A stretch of 61,941 bases of DNA. Source: Corallochytrium limacisporum Hawaii (lineage: Eukaryota; Protista; Pluriformea). Position 1 is the first letter of the stretch. Every line of letters begins with the position of its first letter. Of this stretch, positions 31,882-43,276 are shown piece after piece. Location: positions 1-61,941 of the forward strand of contig PDIP01000104.1 of assembly GCA_002811645.1 (NCBI GenBank), given 5' to 3'. Position numbers and translations under genes: made by a program. The notes beneath the pieces were generated by a model. It saw nothing but the letters and a program-made list of their open reading frames with translations, made no database searches and had not been told where the DNA came from.

Positions 31882-34800
31882 CTAGTCCCGTGTGGGTCGC
31901 CTGAAATCCGTAAGTGATCCATACATATCTTTGGAGCTTAGGTCCCGTTGCTTGGCCAATGCAGCTTTGCGAGTGTACTCGCCATAGGCCATCATTTGGC
32001 GGCGCCGCTCCTGTTTTCTTGCCAGCTCCTGCTCGCCGGTAAGGGGCTTGTGGACGCTGCTTAGACTGCGAGTTTTGCGCGCTGCCCGCTCCCGTAGACG
32101 ACGATTGACGTCGAGCATCTCTTGCCGAGTCATTGGCCCTCGGTTTGCTCCAAATCGTTCCTCTGGACCTTCGAGTGGTGTCCAGTCGCCAACAAACTGC
32201 TGGTGATGCACAGTAGCCGGCTGAGTGGAGGTTGTCGCAGCACCAACGCTACTGTCTCCGTCGCGCAAGTGCCGACTCTTGGCCTTCTCCCGGCGCTCCC
32301 GAGCAGCGACAAAGCGGGTCATCTTCTCCTGGAATTGCCGCTGTAGGTCACCCTGGACCTTGATGCTGGCCTCGTGCTCTTTGGCTTTTTTCTCGTTGGC
32401 CAGGCGTTTCTGTACAGCCGTGGGATTGGCACCACCGTAGACATTACGTAGGGGTGAGGCATGTGGGGTGTTCGGGATGACGCGGTTTCGTAAGCGGCGA
32501 AGATCCTCCAATAGTTTGTCCGTGGTCTGTGGTGTATCCGGCTGGTTCTGGTTGCGATCCTTCAATGGCGTCCGCATAGTCCCTTCAGCAGTGTCCCGTG
32601 GCCGGCCAATATTCTCACTGTCGTCCAACAGGCGGTTTGTCTGCTCGTCGAGCTGCTTAAGATTGTCAACGGCGGCATCGACTGAGGCCATGCAACCAAA
32701 GCCGTTGTTGCGCTGGCGCTGTTCCACAGATGCACTAATCGCTTCCGTTTCGAGTCGTTCAAGGGTCTGGGTGCGCATTTTAAAGACGTCCTCCATCGCT
32801 CGGTGCAAATCGCTCGGTTCCTCAGCGTCATCATCATCGTTACAAGGAATAAAGATGTTACGCTCATTCTGTGCTAGTTTCTCCTGTACATAGCTCTCCT
32901 GCGCAAGGCGGGAGAGGGTGGAACCGTTTCTGGCTTCCAATGCCTCGAGGTCATCCTGTTCGCCATCATTGTCTCCGGCAAGCAGCCGGCGGATCTCAGT
33001 GGAGCTCATCGGTTCTTTGCCGATCCGGGCCATTGCAACTTGGCGTTCATGCTCCCGGAAGTCGACCTTCGGATATGTCCAGTACGTTGATGCATCCAAC
33101 AGAGCGGGGTCGTCTAGCGGAGCCTTTTCTTTGCTTAGTCCTGTTGGTGGTGGAGGTTCTGGCCTGCCTCCGGTGCTATTGTCGTGCAGGGTTTCCATAC
33201 TCGTCTCGACTTCTTCCAGATTCTCTGTGGTAAACTGAGATGGAGGATTTCCGTCATCACCCAATGCCAGCCGCTCTTTGAAGTCTTGAATTGATGCAAT
33301 CAGAGCATCAGTTTCGGACTCATCCTTAGGTGGGGGCGGCTTGCTTGGAAGTGTAGCAGGTCTCGGTGGTGCTGCAGGAACGCTGAGATCGCTGGTAGAG
33401 GCTGCTATTGGAGAAAGTTGTGACAGGGACATCTGAGGCTGGGCGAGATCGGCAGATGCACCCTTGGAAGGATCTCCTGACTCAGCCGGCTTCTCCGGAG
33501 ATTTTCCTTTGTCCTTATTTGTAACTGTGTGGGGTTGAGAACCGGCTTGTTTAGGCTCTTCAGATTCATCCCGTGAGACTTGAGGAGCCTCTGACGAATA
33601 GTCGCTCATCCTTGGGTCCTGAAAGGGAACATCCCCACCGTCGGGCTGCCTCGGGGCAACTTTTGGCGTCAGTGTGCCGGTGGCATGGAACTGAGGAATG
33701 TCATCACCACCGTCGTCGCCATCATCCCGACCGCTCCCTGGGGGTTTCCAGAAAGCATTGCCATCATCACCATCGCCGTCGGGAAAACGCTTTCGTGGGC
33801 GATAGGACCGCTTCCTACCTTCTTCCTCAGCTGCCTCGAAGAATTCTGACTCAAAGGCCTTCTCCAACTCTGTCTGCCGAGCCTGTCGCAGTTGCCGCTG
33901 TCGTCCCGGATGCGATCCTCCAGCAGTGATATGCATACCAGACCGAATGTCTTCCATCATGTGCTGCTTTTGTTCACGGCGATCACGACGGGCCAACTCT
34001 TCCAAATTCTTTTCGAGAAGTATGCGATCGTTCTCGGCCTGCAGGTGCATGTGCGCTTCCCTGTACCGTTCCAGCTCCCGTTTACGCAGCTCTTTGCGCT
34101 TGCGTAATCTCTCATTCTGTGCATTCATCTTTGCCTGTTGCAGCTGGGCAGCGCCCTCGTAAGCATTATTGAGCATGGCACGCTCGTGCTCCATTTCTCG
34201 TGTATTGACTGGAATAGCCCCCGGGCCCCTCCGTGTGTAATGTGGCTGAGGCACACCGTCTACTAGGATGTGATCACCGAGACGATGGTAGTATGTGTTA
34301 ACAAAGCCTGCCTGCTGATCGACGGTGGATGTGACCGGAACCATTTTAGGGTGGGTTCCTGCGTCTTGGGTTTCCACAAGCGGGTGACCCGTGCCCTCGT
34401 GCGCCCGACGATGCTTCCAGTCTCGAAGCACTTGTTCCTGCCGTTGCCGCTCCATGTCCAAGACCTTTTGCTTCAAGGCCATCCGTTCCTCTACAGGCCG
34501 AGCCATGTCTTCGGCCTGTCTTCGCATCGCATGAACGGCGGCTCGGTAGCGCTTTCTTGTCTTCTGCTCCTCAGAGGCGGCCCGGCTCAATTCACTTTCC
34601 CGCGTGCTGATTGATTCACTTACAACCTCCTCAGCAGCTGTGTAAGCTGATCCCATTCTCTGCACTGTATGAATCTCCTCCTGCTCCAGTTTAAGAATAG
34701 CAGCGTTCAACTCGTCGGCCTTTGCCTGATGATACTTTAGCTCTTCCACTTCGTTTCGTCTTCGTTCGGCCTCCCGTCGCCTTTCTAGCGCTTGCTTAGC

Positions 34801-34962
34801 TGCAGCCCTTTCCTGCTCTCTGACCTGAAGCAAACGTTGTTTACGGCGATTTTGCCAGGCTTCCGAACGTGCCTGGCTAACTTCCAAAGAAAACGTAGAG
34901 ACGTCTGCCGTTGTGGCATAGTGCGATCCAGCAGCGGTCAGGCTGCTTTCATTAGTTGCCAT
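31882..34962 (-). CDS. CEP295: CEP295/Ana1-like centriolar protein
   Basis: N-terminal RRKQRLLQVREQER matches the CEP295 N-terminal signature. Coiled coils follow, then a C-terminal ALMS-motif-like segment (RQEMLDVNRRL...). Confidence 0.7.
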   Translation of the reverse strand: MATNESSLTAAGSHYATTADVSTFSLEVSQARSEAWQNRRKQRLLQVREQERAAAKQALERRREAERRRNEVEELKYHQAKADELNAAILKLEQEEIHTVQRMGSAYTAAEEVVSESISTRESELSRAASEEQKTRKRYRAAVHAMRRQAEDMARPVEERMALKQKVLDMERQRQEQVLRDWKHRRAHEGTGHPLVETQDAGTHPKMVPVTSTVDQQAGFVNTYYHRLGDHILVDGVPQPHYTRRGPGAIPVNTREMEHERAMLNNAYEGAAQLQQAKMNAQNERLRKRKELRKRELERYREAHMHLQAENDRILLEKNLEELARRDRREQKQHMMEDIRSGMHITAGGSHPGRQRQLRQARQTELEKAFESEFFEAAEEEGRKRSYRPRKRFPDGDGDDGNAFWKPPGSGRDDGDDGGDDIPQFHATGTLTPKVAPRQPDGGDVPFQDPRMSDYSSEAPQVSRDESEEPKQAGSQPHTVTNKDKGKSPEKPAESGDPSKGASADLAQPQMSLSQLSPIAASTSDLSVPAAPPRPATLPSKPPPPKDESETDALIASIQDFKERLALGDDGNPPSQFTTENLEEVETSMETLHDNSTGGRPEPPPPTGLSKEKAPLDDPALLDASTYWTYPKVDFREHERQVAMARIGKEPMSSTEIRRLLAGDNDGEQDDLEALEARNGSTLSRLAQESYVQEKLAQNERNIFIPCNDDDDAEEPSDLHRAMEDVFKMRTQTLERLETEAISASVEQRQRNNGFGCMASVDAAVDNLKQLDEQTNRLLDDSENIGRPRDTAEGTMRTPLKDRNQNQPDTPQTTDKLLEDLRRLRNRVIPNTPHASPLRNVYGGANPTAVQKRLANEKKAKEHEASIKVQGDLQRQFQEKMTRFVAARERREKAKSRHLRDGDSSVGAATTSTQPATVHHQQFVGDWTPLEGPEERFGANRGPMTRQEMLDVNRRLRERAARKTRSLSSVHKPLTGEQELARKQERRRQMMAYGEYTRKAALAKQRDLSSKDMYGSLTDFRRPTRD

Positions 34963-35187
34963 GTTCTTTTATAGGGCGTCTCACTTCAACCAATTCATGG
35001 CATTTAACAGTCTCGATCTCTCGTGACATAACATGTCTCCTATATATATATAATAGTTGGTCTCAAATGTCAAGCTTACAGACAGTTTCAAGTACCTCGA
35101 CTCGCTGAAGGCCACCCGTCGGTTTCAAGCCATGGGCTGGAATTCATCGCCGTTTGGGACCCAATTTTCCCTTGCCCTTGGTCGCCG

Positions 35188-35203
35188 TTTGAACGCGCGC
35201 CAA
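35188..35203 (-). promoter_or_regulatory. E2F-like TTGGCGCGCG abutting a CHR (TTCAAA)
   Basis: + strand TTTGAACGCGCGCCAA, about 230 bp upstream of the CEP295-like ATG. A second site CGCGCGAAA is near 35664. Confidence 0.45.
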
Positions 35204-35383
35204 TCGCCACAAGAAGCACAGGCAAAAACTTTGCTGGGGCCCTTGACTAAGACCCAGAAAACAGCCAGGCGAGTCTGTTTCCCCCCCCCCCGGGGGCCCC
35301 TTTGCCCTGACCCCCTTTCCGTTTAACCGCCCGCCCCATCTGCCACACTCGCCGTTTTCGCTTCGGCCTCCCCCCCTCCCCCC

Positions 35384-35642
35384 NNNNNNNNNNNNNNNNN
35401 NNNNNNNNNNNNNNNNNNNNNNNNNNNNNNNNNNNNNNNNNNNNNNNNNNNNNNNNNNNNNNNNNNNNNNNNNNNNNNNNNNNNNNNNNNNNNNNNNNNN
35501 NNNNNNNNNNNNNNNNNNNNNNNNNNNNNNNNNNNNNNNNNNNNNNNNNNNNNNNNNNNNNNNNNNNNNNNNNNNNNNNNNNNNNNNNNNNNNNNNNNNN
35601 NNNNNNNNNNNNNNNNNNNNNNNNNNNNNNNNNNNNNNNNNN
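35384..35642. other. Assembly gap (N run) flanked by poly-C/poly-G
   Basis: N characters. Confidence 1.
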
Positions 35643-35968
35643 CCGGCGGGGGGAGGCAGTAAACGCGCGAAATACGAAACCCACCGTGCTCGGACTCACC
35701 CCGGAGGCAGAGGGTGAAGGGGAGGGAGGGGGTATGTAATCGTCTCCGGCAGGAGCGAGCGAAATATTTAAAAAGAAAACCGCCTGGGCGAGGGCCAGGT
35801 AGACGAAGGCGGCTGAGGAGGGTCTCCCTTCCTGCGCAACCAAGCCAAACGCCCGGACAGCCTCCCCCGTGGAGAGAGTGCTCTGGGCCAGTTCGGGCCT
35901 GGGAGTCATTGTCCAAAAGTCAGAACGGCCTGGAGATAAGGAAGTTGCTTATGATTTTCATTTCTAAT

Positions 35969-37672
35969 TTATGATACATGAGGGAATGATATCGCCGTGT
36001 AGTCGGCTCCGAACCAGTCGTTGATGATACGTAGGGGAACGGTAACGGAAAGGTGGACCACCTTGACTGTATCCCAGGCATCGCTGGCGAGGTAGATTTC
36101 AATTGCAGTACCATCACTAGATGCCACCTGAAAGCGAGCAATGTTTCTATCCGCCATGCCTACCATCATATGTGTCGGTAATTTGGATGCCTGAGCCACC
36201 GCTCCAATCTCCGACAGCTGTACCAATGTGCTCCCGTAGTCATCTGTGATGTTGCATTGTACAACCATGAACGAATCCAGTTGACCGCTGATACTATCGC
36301 AGGTGTACGCCACACCTAAGCGTTCTAGTTTGCCAATCATTGGTGCACTGTCCCAGTCCCAGTCTTTCTGTACCAAGGTGATCATGGCCGGCTGTTTGGA
36401 GGTCAGTGTTGCCTTCAGATCTGTAAACTTCTCCAGCCAAAGTTCTGCGTCATTTACAATCTCAATGTTCAGTGATGTGGATGATCGCCTGCGCAAACTG
36501 CTGTTTGAGCTGTGGAGACTCCCCATGCTATTGCCCGGACTGCTCGTTCGGCTGTTGATACTCAGATTGCTCAAACTCAAATTCTTTGCACTCTGGTGGC
36601 TGCTCAATCTACCCAGCAAATTTATGATCACCGTGTATCCATGCGCTCCGGGTTGTCTGCCTGTATTTTCTCGCATGGGTTTGGGATTAATGATCTTCGC
36701 AGGTTTGAAAGCAGCGATGAGAGTCAGCTTATGCAAAGACCACAGAACAAAGGCAACATTGTCTACCCTTGTCCACCATTTTCCTGGGCCCGCTTTGGTT
36801 TTCTTCCACCATCCCACATAGAAGTCCCCGGACTTTACAAGAATGATCATGTCGTCCTCACCAACCTCCACAACAGTGTCAAACCACCGGCTATTGATTT
36901 CCAGAGAAGCCATCTTTGTTTCACTATAGTGTGATTCCATGATCCGCGTCACCTGTCCAGCAGGGGTGGCAAGACTGGGAATGCGTACTATCATATCGGC
37001 ACGGCATCCGAATCGTTTTAAGCGAGCAACACCCAATGACTTTCCAATGCCATGCACAGTCGGCGGAACAAACAGAACATGGTCATAGATCCTTTGCACA
37101 TCAAAGCGACTGGCACGTACGGCAGTCGTCTCCCAGCCCGTCCCTTCTGGGGCGTGGTAGTACCAATTGCACATGTACCACGCTCCTAATTTCTTTGCGA
37201 TCACATCTGCATCCGGGAGGTTTGTGAAATGATTCCTGTTCATAAGGCACGACGTCAAAAGTTTCTTACGGCTCAGGGAAACCTCCCGACCGTACCGTAA
37301 TTTCCAGTATGATGGTGTCGTCTGTTCAAGCTCGACTGGACTGAGGATCTTCCAGGCCTCCTCCACAGCGCGTCGGTGCCTTTCTCGTCCAAATCGCTTC
37401 CGAAACGCACGTTCCCATAGATCTTCATATACTACCGTCCGATCGGGACTACGTGAAGCAGAAGGAGGACCTGTCACTTCTTCTTCAACCACATTGGAGA
37501 GGCGTCTCACGTCACGAACAGGTTGGCCACTACTGCTGACCTGATACCACCATTTGCAGACTTCAGAGGCATTCAAAAGAGAGGTGGTGTCCAGACGACT
37601 AAAGATCTGGTACAGCACATCAAATGAAGCCGTCTGCGCCGGTGGGAGGTCCACCGAAGCTTTCTTGCTCAT
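35969..37672 (-). CDS. FBXO15: F-box protein, FBXO15-like
   Basis: N-terminal F-box (DVLYQIFSRLDTTSLLNASEVCKWWYQV). FBXO15-like blocks GAHGYTV and C-terminal IINDWFGADY. Confidence 0.75.
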   Translation of the reverse strand: MSKKASVDLPPAQTASFDVLYQIFSRLDTTSLLNASEVCKWWYQVSSSGQPVRDVRRLSNVVEEEVTGPPSASRSPDRTVVYEDLWERAFRKRFGRERHRRAVEEAWKILSPVELEQTTPSYWKLRYGREVSLSRKKLLTSCLMNRNHFTNLPDADVIAKKLGAWYMCNWYYHAPEGTGWETTAVRASRFDVQRIYDHVLFVPPTVHGIGKSLGVARLKRFGCRADMIVRIPSLATPAGQVTRIMESHYSETKMASLEINSRWFDTVVEVGEDDMIILVKSGDFYVGWWKKTKAGPGKWWTRVDNVAFVLWSLHKLTLIAAFKPAKIINPKPMRENTGRQPGAHGYTVIINLLGRLSSHQSAKNLSLSNLSINSRTSSPGNSMGSLHSSNSSLRRRSSTSLNIEIVNDAELWLEKFTDLKATLTSKQPAMITLVQKDWDWDSAPMIGKLERLGVAYTCDSISGQLDSFMVVQCNITDDYGSTLVQLSEIGAVAQASKLPTHMMVGMADRNIARFQVASSDGTAIEIYLASDAWDTVKVVHLSVTVPLRIINDWFGADYTAISFPHVS

Positions 37673-38747
37673 GTACTGACTATTCTGAACCCTCAGGCAT
37701 ACATCCTAAACCATCATTCACATGCCTTGTAGATCACTCGCCGACTACTCAGATCAACTTCACTTTAGATCCTCGTGGGCCAGGACAAACCTGGATAGCC
37801 TTCTTACGTTCCAACAAACGTGTAACGCACCAACCACACAACCACACAGCGGCTTCGAATCCTCCATGAAATAACTTTCCCCAACGATATCACCCCCCAT
37901 CACGGTCACGAATAGCACTTCGCGCTCTCATTAGATATTTTACCGTACCGTACGCGTTGATTTTGCGCAGGCGTCCCGGTAGGCACCTCCCGCTTCCTTC
38001 TCGTCCTCCCCCGGTGCAGGAGGGGAGCACCGCCGCAACTCGCTCCCGCCGTTGTCCTAGCGGACGGGACGGACCCGGAGCCGAAGAAAAAAAATAACGA
38101 CACCTCAGAGACCCAGGGAGTGCAGCAGGGGCCCAAAAAAAGAAAGAAAGGACAATCGGATATCAAACCCCGGTGAGTAACACACCGTGCTCGGTGGTGT
38201 ATGGTGGAAGAGGGGGTGACTAGTTCGGACTCTGCGTGCATGTCTCAGTGTGTGCGCGTGGGCAAAACCCCTGCGTGTGCATTACAGAGAAATTAAGGGA
38301 CGCGATTTCTCTTCGGTTTCAGATTGTTGAAGTTACCACTTTCTCTTTTTGGATTCTACGTTTTCCCCTGCTCGGCCGGGTCGGCTCCGCGGGGGCGATT
38401 CGTTGACACTGCGCGTTCGGTGTGAGCACCCGCCAAGTCCTGCTAAACCCGGAGCACTGAGCTTGGGCACTGGGCGGTGAGTACAAACACCCCTACAAGC
38501 CTATCCATCCCACTCTGCCGCTTCCCTCTCCGTGTCTCTCTCTCCGCCGCTTTGCCCCGCGAAGGGGCCGTTGGGTGCACTCAAAACCGACTCCGGGTTT
38601 ACGTACTGAATGTACATACGATGGGCCGCAGAGTGCGGGGCCAAAAAGGGAAAACAACAGTGGAAAACGAAAACAAAACAGAGAGAACCCCCAGCGGGGA
38701 AACACGGAACACCCCCCCCCCCCCGCCCTCCCGAAACAAACTCTCTG

Positions 38748-38817
38748 NNNNNNNNNNNNNNNNNNNNNNNNNNNNNNNNNNNNNNNNNNNNNNNNNNNNN
38801 NNNNNNNNNNNNNNNNN
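38748..38817. other. Assembly gap (N run) in a G/C-homopolymer-rich intergenic region
   Basis: N characters. Confidence 1.
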
Positions 38818-39366
38818 CCCCCTTGGTAGGGGGGCTCCGCCGGGGTCCCGAAAAGAAAGCGGCGGGGGGGGGGGAGAATGGGGTATGAATGGGCCGAGTT
38901 CCCTATAGTGAAAGTATGGGGCCTTGTTCGTCACTGGGACAGTCAGTCTCCTCGCTGCCGCCCCAGGGCTCCCCCGATCAGTACCGTTCTGGAAGACCCG
39001 GGAGGAGGTCGTTTCTCCACCGTTGGTGGGGCGGGTCTCTCAGGGTCCTCCTCCACGCTCCCCGTCACCGGCGCCGCCCCGTGGGGTCTCAAGCTGCCTC
39101 TCATTACGTGATGTGGGATATTCGTGTTGGTGGGCTGGACCGCTTAGAACAGGTACCTAAAACACATTATGTCTTGAATTACATACGAAGCTTTGCACCG
39201 TAATAATCAATGATAAGGTTCGGGTACACCATCAAAGAGTAGTAGGGGCTCCCCACAAGTTCTTCAGTTCTCCTGAAGGGAGATTCCGGTCAGTAATTGT
39301 TTATGGCCGTTAACCTAGCCAGAAGAGAAAACAGATCAACAAGTAAATAGAGCAATAATTTCAAAC

Positions 39367-42300
39367 ATGAGCGAAAGTAGCGTGCCTGCTACTCCTGGAA
39401 CCCCGGGGACGCCTGGTACACCTTCAGAGAAGGACTATTTTGGCATAAGAGACATTCAGAACGGTAAAATGCCCCCGATGAGTTCTGTGGTTCAGACTAC
39501 ACCGAGCATGAGCAAAGATAGCTCTCCTAAAAGCCGTCGCGGAACATTGCGTGGAAATGATCGCAAATTCTCTCTCATGGACCTCAACGTTCGCACTACA
39601 AGTCCTCGCAGCGAGACCCCAATGGCACCGGTGCGCTTGGGAATCTGTGCCATGGAGAAGAAAACCTCAGGAAAACCGATGAAGGCTATTCTGGAGCGCT
39701 TGAGAGTGCATGGGGAGTTTGACATTATTATTTGGACCGACAAACAGCTCATCGACGACCCCATTGAGTCTTGGCCGCAGGTAGATGCACTGGTCTCCTT
39801 CTTTAGCACGGGTTTCCCGCTGGAGAAGGCCATTGCCTATGCAAAGTTACGCAAGCCGTTCCTGATCAATGAATTAGAACCACAGGTACGCCTCTTGGAC
39901 CGATCCCAGGTATATGCAATGCTGGAGGAGGCGCAGGTTCCAGTTCCGTACTATGCTGTGATGCACCACACCCAGGAGGGTCAAGAGTTCATCGAGACAG
40001 AGGATGAGATTTCTGTGGGTGGTAAGGTGTTCACAAAGCCTTTTGTGGAGAAGCCCATTAGTGGAGAGGACCACAATATTATCATCTACTTTCCTACGAG
40101 TGCTGGAGGTGGATCTCAACATCTGTTCAGGAAGAAGGCAAACAAGAGCAGTGAGTTTCGCAAGGACTGGAACAAGGTCCGTCGTGACGGCAGCTACCTC
40201 TACGAGGAATTTCTGACCACACAAGGTACTGATGTGAAAGTGTACACAGTCGGACCATCGTACGCTCACGCTGAAGCCCGTAAGTCTCCTTCATTGGATG
40301 GGATTGTAGTACGGAACAAAGACGGCAAAGAAGTTCGCTATCCCGTCATGCTTACCTCTGAAGAGAAGGCAATGGCACACCGCATTGTCAATCATTTCCA
40401 GCAAACAGTGTGTGGATTCGACTTATTGCGTACTTTTGATAGGTCCTTTGTCTGCGACGTCAACGGGTGGTCATTCGTGAAGTCGTCCCAAAAGTACTAT
40501 GATGACTGTGCCCAGCTCTTGCGGGAAATGTGTCTGTGGAAGTGTGCACCGGACCTATACGTGAATGCTTTGGAGAGGGCACCTCAGGCAGATTCGAAGG
40601 TTGCTGAAGAAATGTTCGAAAGCCCTGGAGAACAGCAAGGAAATATTTCGCTGCCACACAAAGAAGAGCTGCGGTGCGTGTGTGCCATTGTGCGTCACGG
40701 TGATCGCACGCCCAAACAGAAGATGAAATTGGAGACTAATCATCCAATGTTCTGCAACCTGTTCGAAAAATATGGTGATCCGACCCGCAAGAAGGAGTTG
40801 AAGCTGAAGACACCAGAGCAGCTGCAGGAGATTCTTGACATCTCTCGGGAATTGCATGCGGATAAAGCTATGGTTTGTATTAAGGATCCAGAGGCGAGCA
40901 ATCATAAATTGATCCAGATGCGCCACGTCTTGGAGAAGGGCGGCCACTTCTCGGGAATCAATCGTAAGGTCCAGTTGAAGCCATTGGAATGGGAAGAGAT
41001 CGAGCACGAACATATAGAAAAGCCCGAATCTGAAGAAGCTACAGATTCGCCTCGACTGGCTCCCCCAGTGACCATCAGGGTGAGACGTTGTCTGCTTATC
41101 CTGAAATGGGGTGGAGAGCTCACGCACTCCGGTATCGAACAAAGCAAGCAGTTGGCCTCACGATTTCGTTCACAGATCTATCCTGGAGAGGGTCTGGGTC
41201 TTCTACGATTGCACTCTACCTTCCGGCACGATCTCAAGATTTACTCCGGTGATGAGGGTCGGGTGCAGATGACTGCTGCAGCATTTACGAAGGCATTCCT
41301 CGATCTTGAAGGTGATCTAACTCCGATTCTTGTATCTCTTGTTCGTAAAGATGAGGTGGCAGTGCAGCTTCTTGATGACGCGAGCGCCGCCCACAGCAAG
41401 ATGGAAGAAATCAAGAAGTTTCTCAAAGAGAACCTGCTGAAGGACCAAGACATGACCGATCCGGAAGTCCAGGAAAGGATAGCACCCTCCAAGGCGGGTT
41501 CCCTGATCCGGGCTCTCAGCAAGGTAGGCAATGGACGCAAACGTGCCGAAGAGATTTTCCACCTTATTCTGAAAATGGTGGACCGCATAAAGGTCATGTG
41601 CGAGGAAGAGGATGTGGACCATCTAATCGATGGTATGAATACTATTCTACCACCTTCAAGGCGCAACAGTGACGACAAGCTCATGGTGGACAGCCCCGTC
41701 ATCGAAGAGAATTTCCCATCCAAATCCGTGCTGAAGCGCATCAATCGTGAAGTGGCACAATTGCCAATGAGCAGCTCGCACAACGACCTCACGGGGCTTC
41801 GCCCAATGAGCACTGGTCATCTTTTGAAACATATGCCCAGCTCTGCACAGAACTCGCCTCCACACACCCGCCGCAACACCGTAGGTTCCAATGAGGATGT
41901 TACAGGGGAGGAAGGAGCGAAGGACGGTGACGTTACCAACGATTCCAGCGCCACCCTTGGCGACGACGTGCTCAAGATGATGGCTCAAAAGTATATAGAA
42001 GAGAAGATCAATTCGGAGGCAATGTCCAAGGGACCTAAGTACAAAGTTTGTGGAGATGAGACGCTGTATCTCCTGCTGCGCCGCTGGGAGAAGCTCGCAT
42101 TTGACTTCTACAACAAGAGAAAGGACAAATTCGACGTGAGCAAGATCCCTGACATTTATGACTGCGTGAAGTATGACGAGATCCACAATCACGCCCTCAA
42201 CCTCACAGAACTACCAGAAATCTACTCTCTAGTCAAGCCTGTCGCTGACTTGCTGGTTCCTCAGGAGTACGGTCTTCACGAGTCCAGCAAGGTGGAAATT

Positions 42301-42876
42301 GGTGGCAAAATTGCAGGTCACCTGATCCGCAAACTGCGATCTGACCTGCGCAATGCCATGGGCCTTAACCAGGATGCGGTCACAGACATTAGCCACCGCC
42401 TTGATGATTCACTGGTGGAAAAGAACGTCATCAAATCCCGCTCCCGTAGCGTTCGTACACGTCTCTACTTTACGTCTGAGAGTCATCTGCACGCTCTGCT
42501 TAATCTACTGCGCTTCAGCGGCGGCATCGGAAAAGACGGCGACGATCCCGTCTGGGACTCTGCGATGAAGAAAATTGAGGACTTGAGCGAACTCAACTAT
42601 CTATCTCACATTGTCTTGCGGCTATTTGAGAACACCAAGCTGCCACTTGACGATCCCTCCCGATTTCGCATGGAGATTCACGTCTCACCTGGTGCGAACA
42701 TCGACCCGCGTATCTTCAAGGATGAGAAGAAACACATTCTGCCTATCCTGCCCATGATTCAGCTAACTAAGAGCCTGACCCTGCAGTCCCTCGACGACCT
42801 GTTCGGTATCGTGCAAAAGAGCAGTGCAAGTGACTTCCCCTTGCCACCGCCTCCCATCAAGGCCGCAGAGATTTGA
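39367..42876 (+). CDS. PPIP5K: Bifunctional diphosphoinositol-pentakisphosphate kinase/phosphatase (Vip1/Asp1/PPIP5K)
   Basis: GICAMEKK, EKPISGEDHNI, DVKVYTVG..YAHAEARKSP, DVNGWSFVK, RHGDRTPKQK, RTRLYFTSESH. Confidence 0.97.
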   Translation: MSESSVPATPGTPGTPGTPSEKDYFGIRDIQNGKMPPMSSVVQTTPSMSKDSSPKSRRGTLRGNDRKFSLMDLNVRTTSPRSETPMAPVRLGICAMEKKTSGKPMKAILERLRVHGEFDIIIWTDKQLIDDPIESWPQVDALVSFFSTGFPLEKAIAYAKLRKPFLINELEPQVRLLDRSQVYAMLEEAQVPVPYYAVMHHTQEGQEFIETEDEISVGGKVFTKPFVEKPISGEDHNIIIYFPTSAGGGSQHLFRKKANKSSEFRKDWNKVRRDGSYLYEEFLTTQGTDVKVYTVGPSYAHAEARKSPSLDGIVVRNKDGKEVRYPVMLTSEEKAMAHRIVNHFQQTVCGFDLLRTFDRSFVCDVNGWSFVKSSQKYYDDCAQLLREMCLWKCAPDLYVNALERAPQADSKVAEEMFESPGEQQGNISLPHKEELRCVCAIVRHGDRTPKQKMKLETNHPMFCNLFEKYGDPTRKKELKLKTPEQLQEILDISRELHADKAMVCIKDPEASNHKLIQMRHVLEKGGHFSGINRKVQLKPLEWEEIEHEHIEKPESEEATDSPRLAPPVTIRVRRCLLILKWGGELTHSGIEQSKQLASRFRSQIYPGEGLGLLRLHSTFRHDLKIYSGDEGRVQMTAAAFTKAFLDLEGDLTPILVSLVRKDEVAVQLLDDASAAHSKMEEIKKFLKENLLKDQDMTDPEVQERIAPSKAGSLIRALSKVGNGRKRAEEIFHLILKMVDRIKVMCEEEDVDHLIDGMNTILPPSRRNSDDKLMVDSPVIEENFPSKSVLKRINREVAQLPMSSSHNDLTGLRPMSTGHLLKHMPSSAQNSPPHTRRNTVGSNEDVTGEEGAKDGDVTNDSSATLGDDVLKMMAQKYIEEKINSEAMSKGPKYKVCGDETLYLLLRRWEKLAFDFYNKRKDKFDVSKIPDIYDCVKYDEIHNHALNLTELPEIYSLVKPVADLLVPQEYGLHESSKVEIGGKIAGHLIRKLRSDLRNAMGLNQDAVTDISHRLDDSLVEKNVIKSRSRSVRTRLYFTSESHLHALLNLLRFSGGIGKDGDDPVWDSAMKKIEDLSELNYLSHIVLRLFENTKLPLDDPSRFRMEIHVSPGANIDPRIFKDEKKHILPILPMIQLTKSLTLQSLDDLFGIVQKSSASDFPLPPPPIKAAEI

Positions 42877-43276
42877 TCAATTGAAACAAATACAAAAGAC
42901 AATGGTGAACAAAGCCACCGAGCATTGAGATTCACATAGGTACCCCCGCTTGCCCGTCTCCTACGCACCTTAAACCCCCTTCCCTCCCCTTCTGCTTCAC
43001 TCCGCTGTCCCTGTCCCGCCAGCTCCGTTGGTGCCACAAGTCCTTGCGCACGAGGTGGGTTCGTATAGGTTGCCAATATTTTTTAACTCTGACCGCGGTT
43101 GGTATTTGAAAACGGTTTCAATCTAGAGTATTTCATGATGCAATGTTGCAAACATGTTGCAGACACCTCACCCACCCAACACGTCGGAATCTAAAGAAGT
43201 CGTTGTCCACATAGTACGCGGCTAAAGAAAGCACATGCGAAGACATTATGTGAACAATCCATGCGAGACAAACACC

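Noticed and set aside
35247-35916. ORFs spanning the N runs (also 38477-38934)
   Set aside because: Artefacts of assembly gaps and GC-rich low-complexity flanks.
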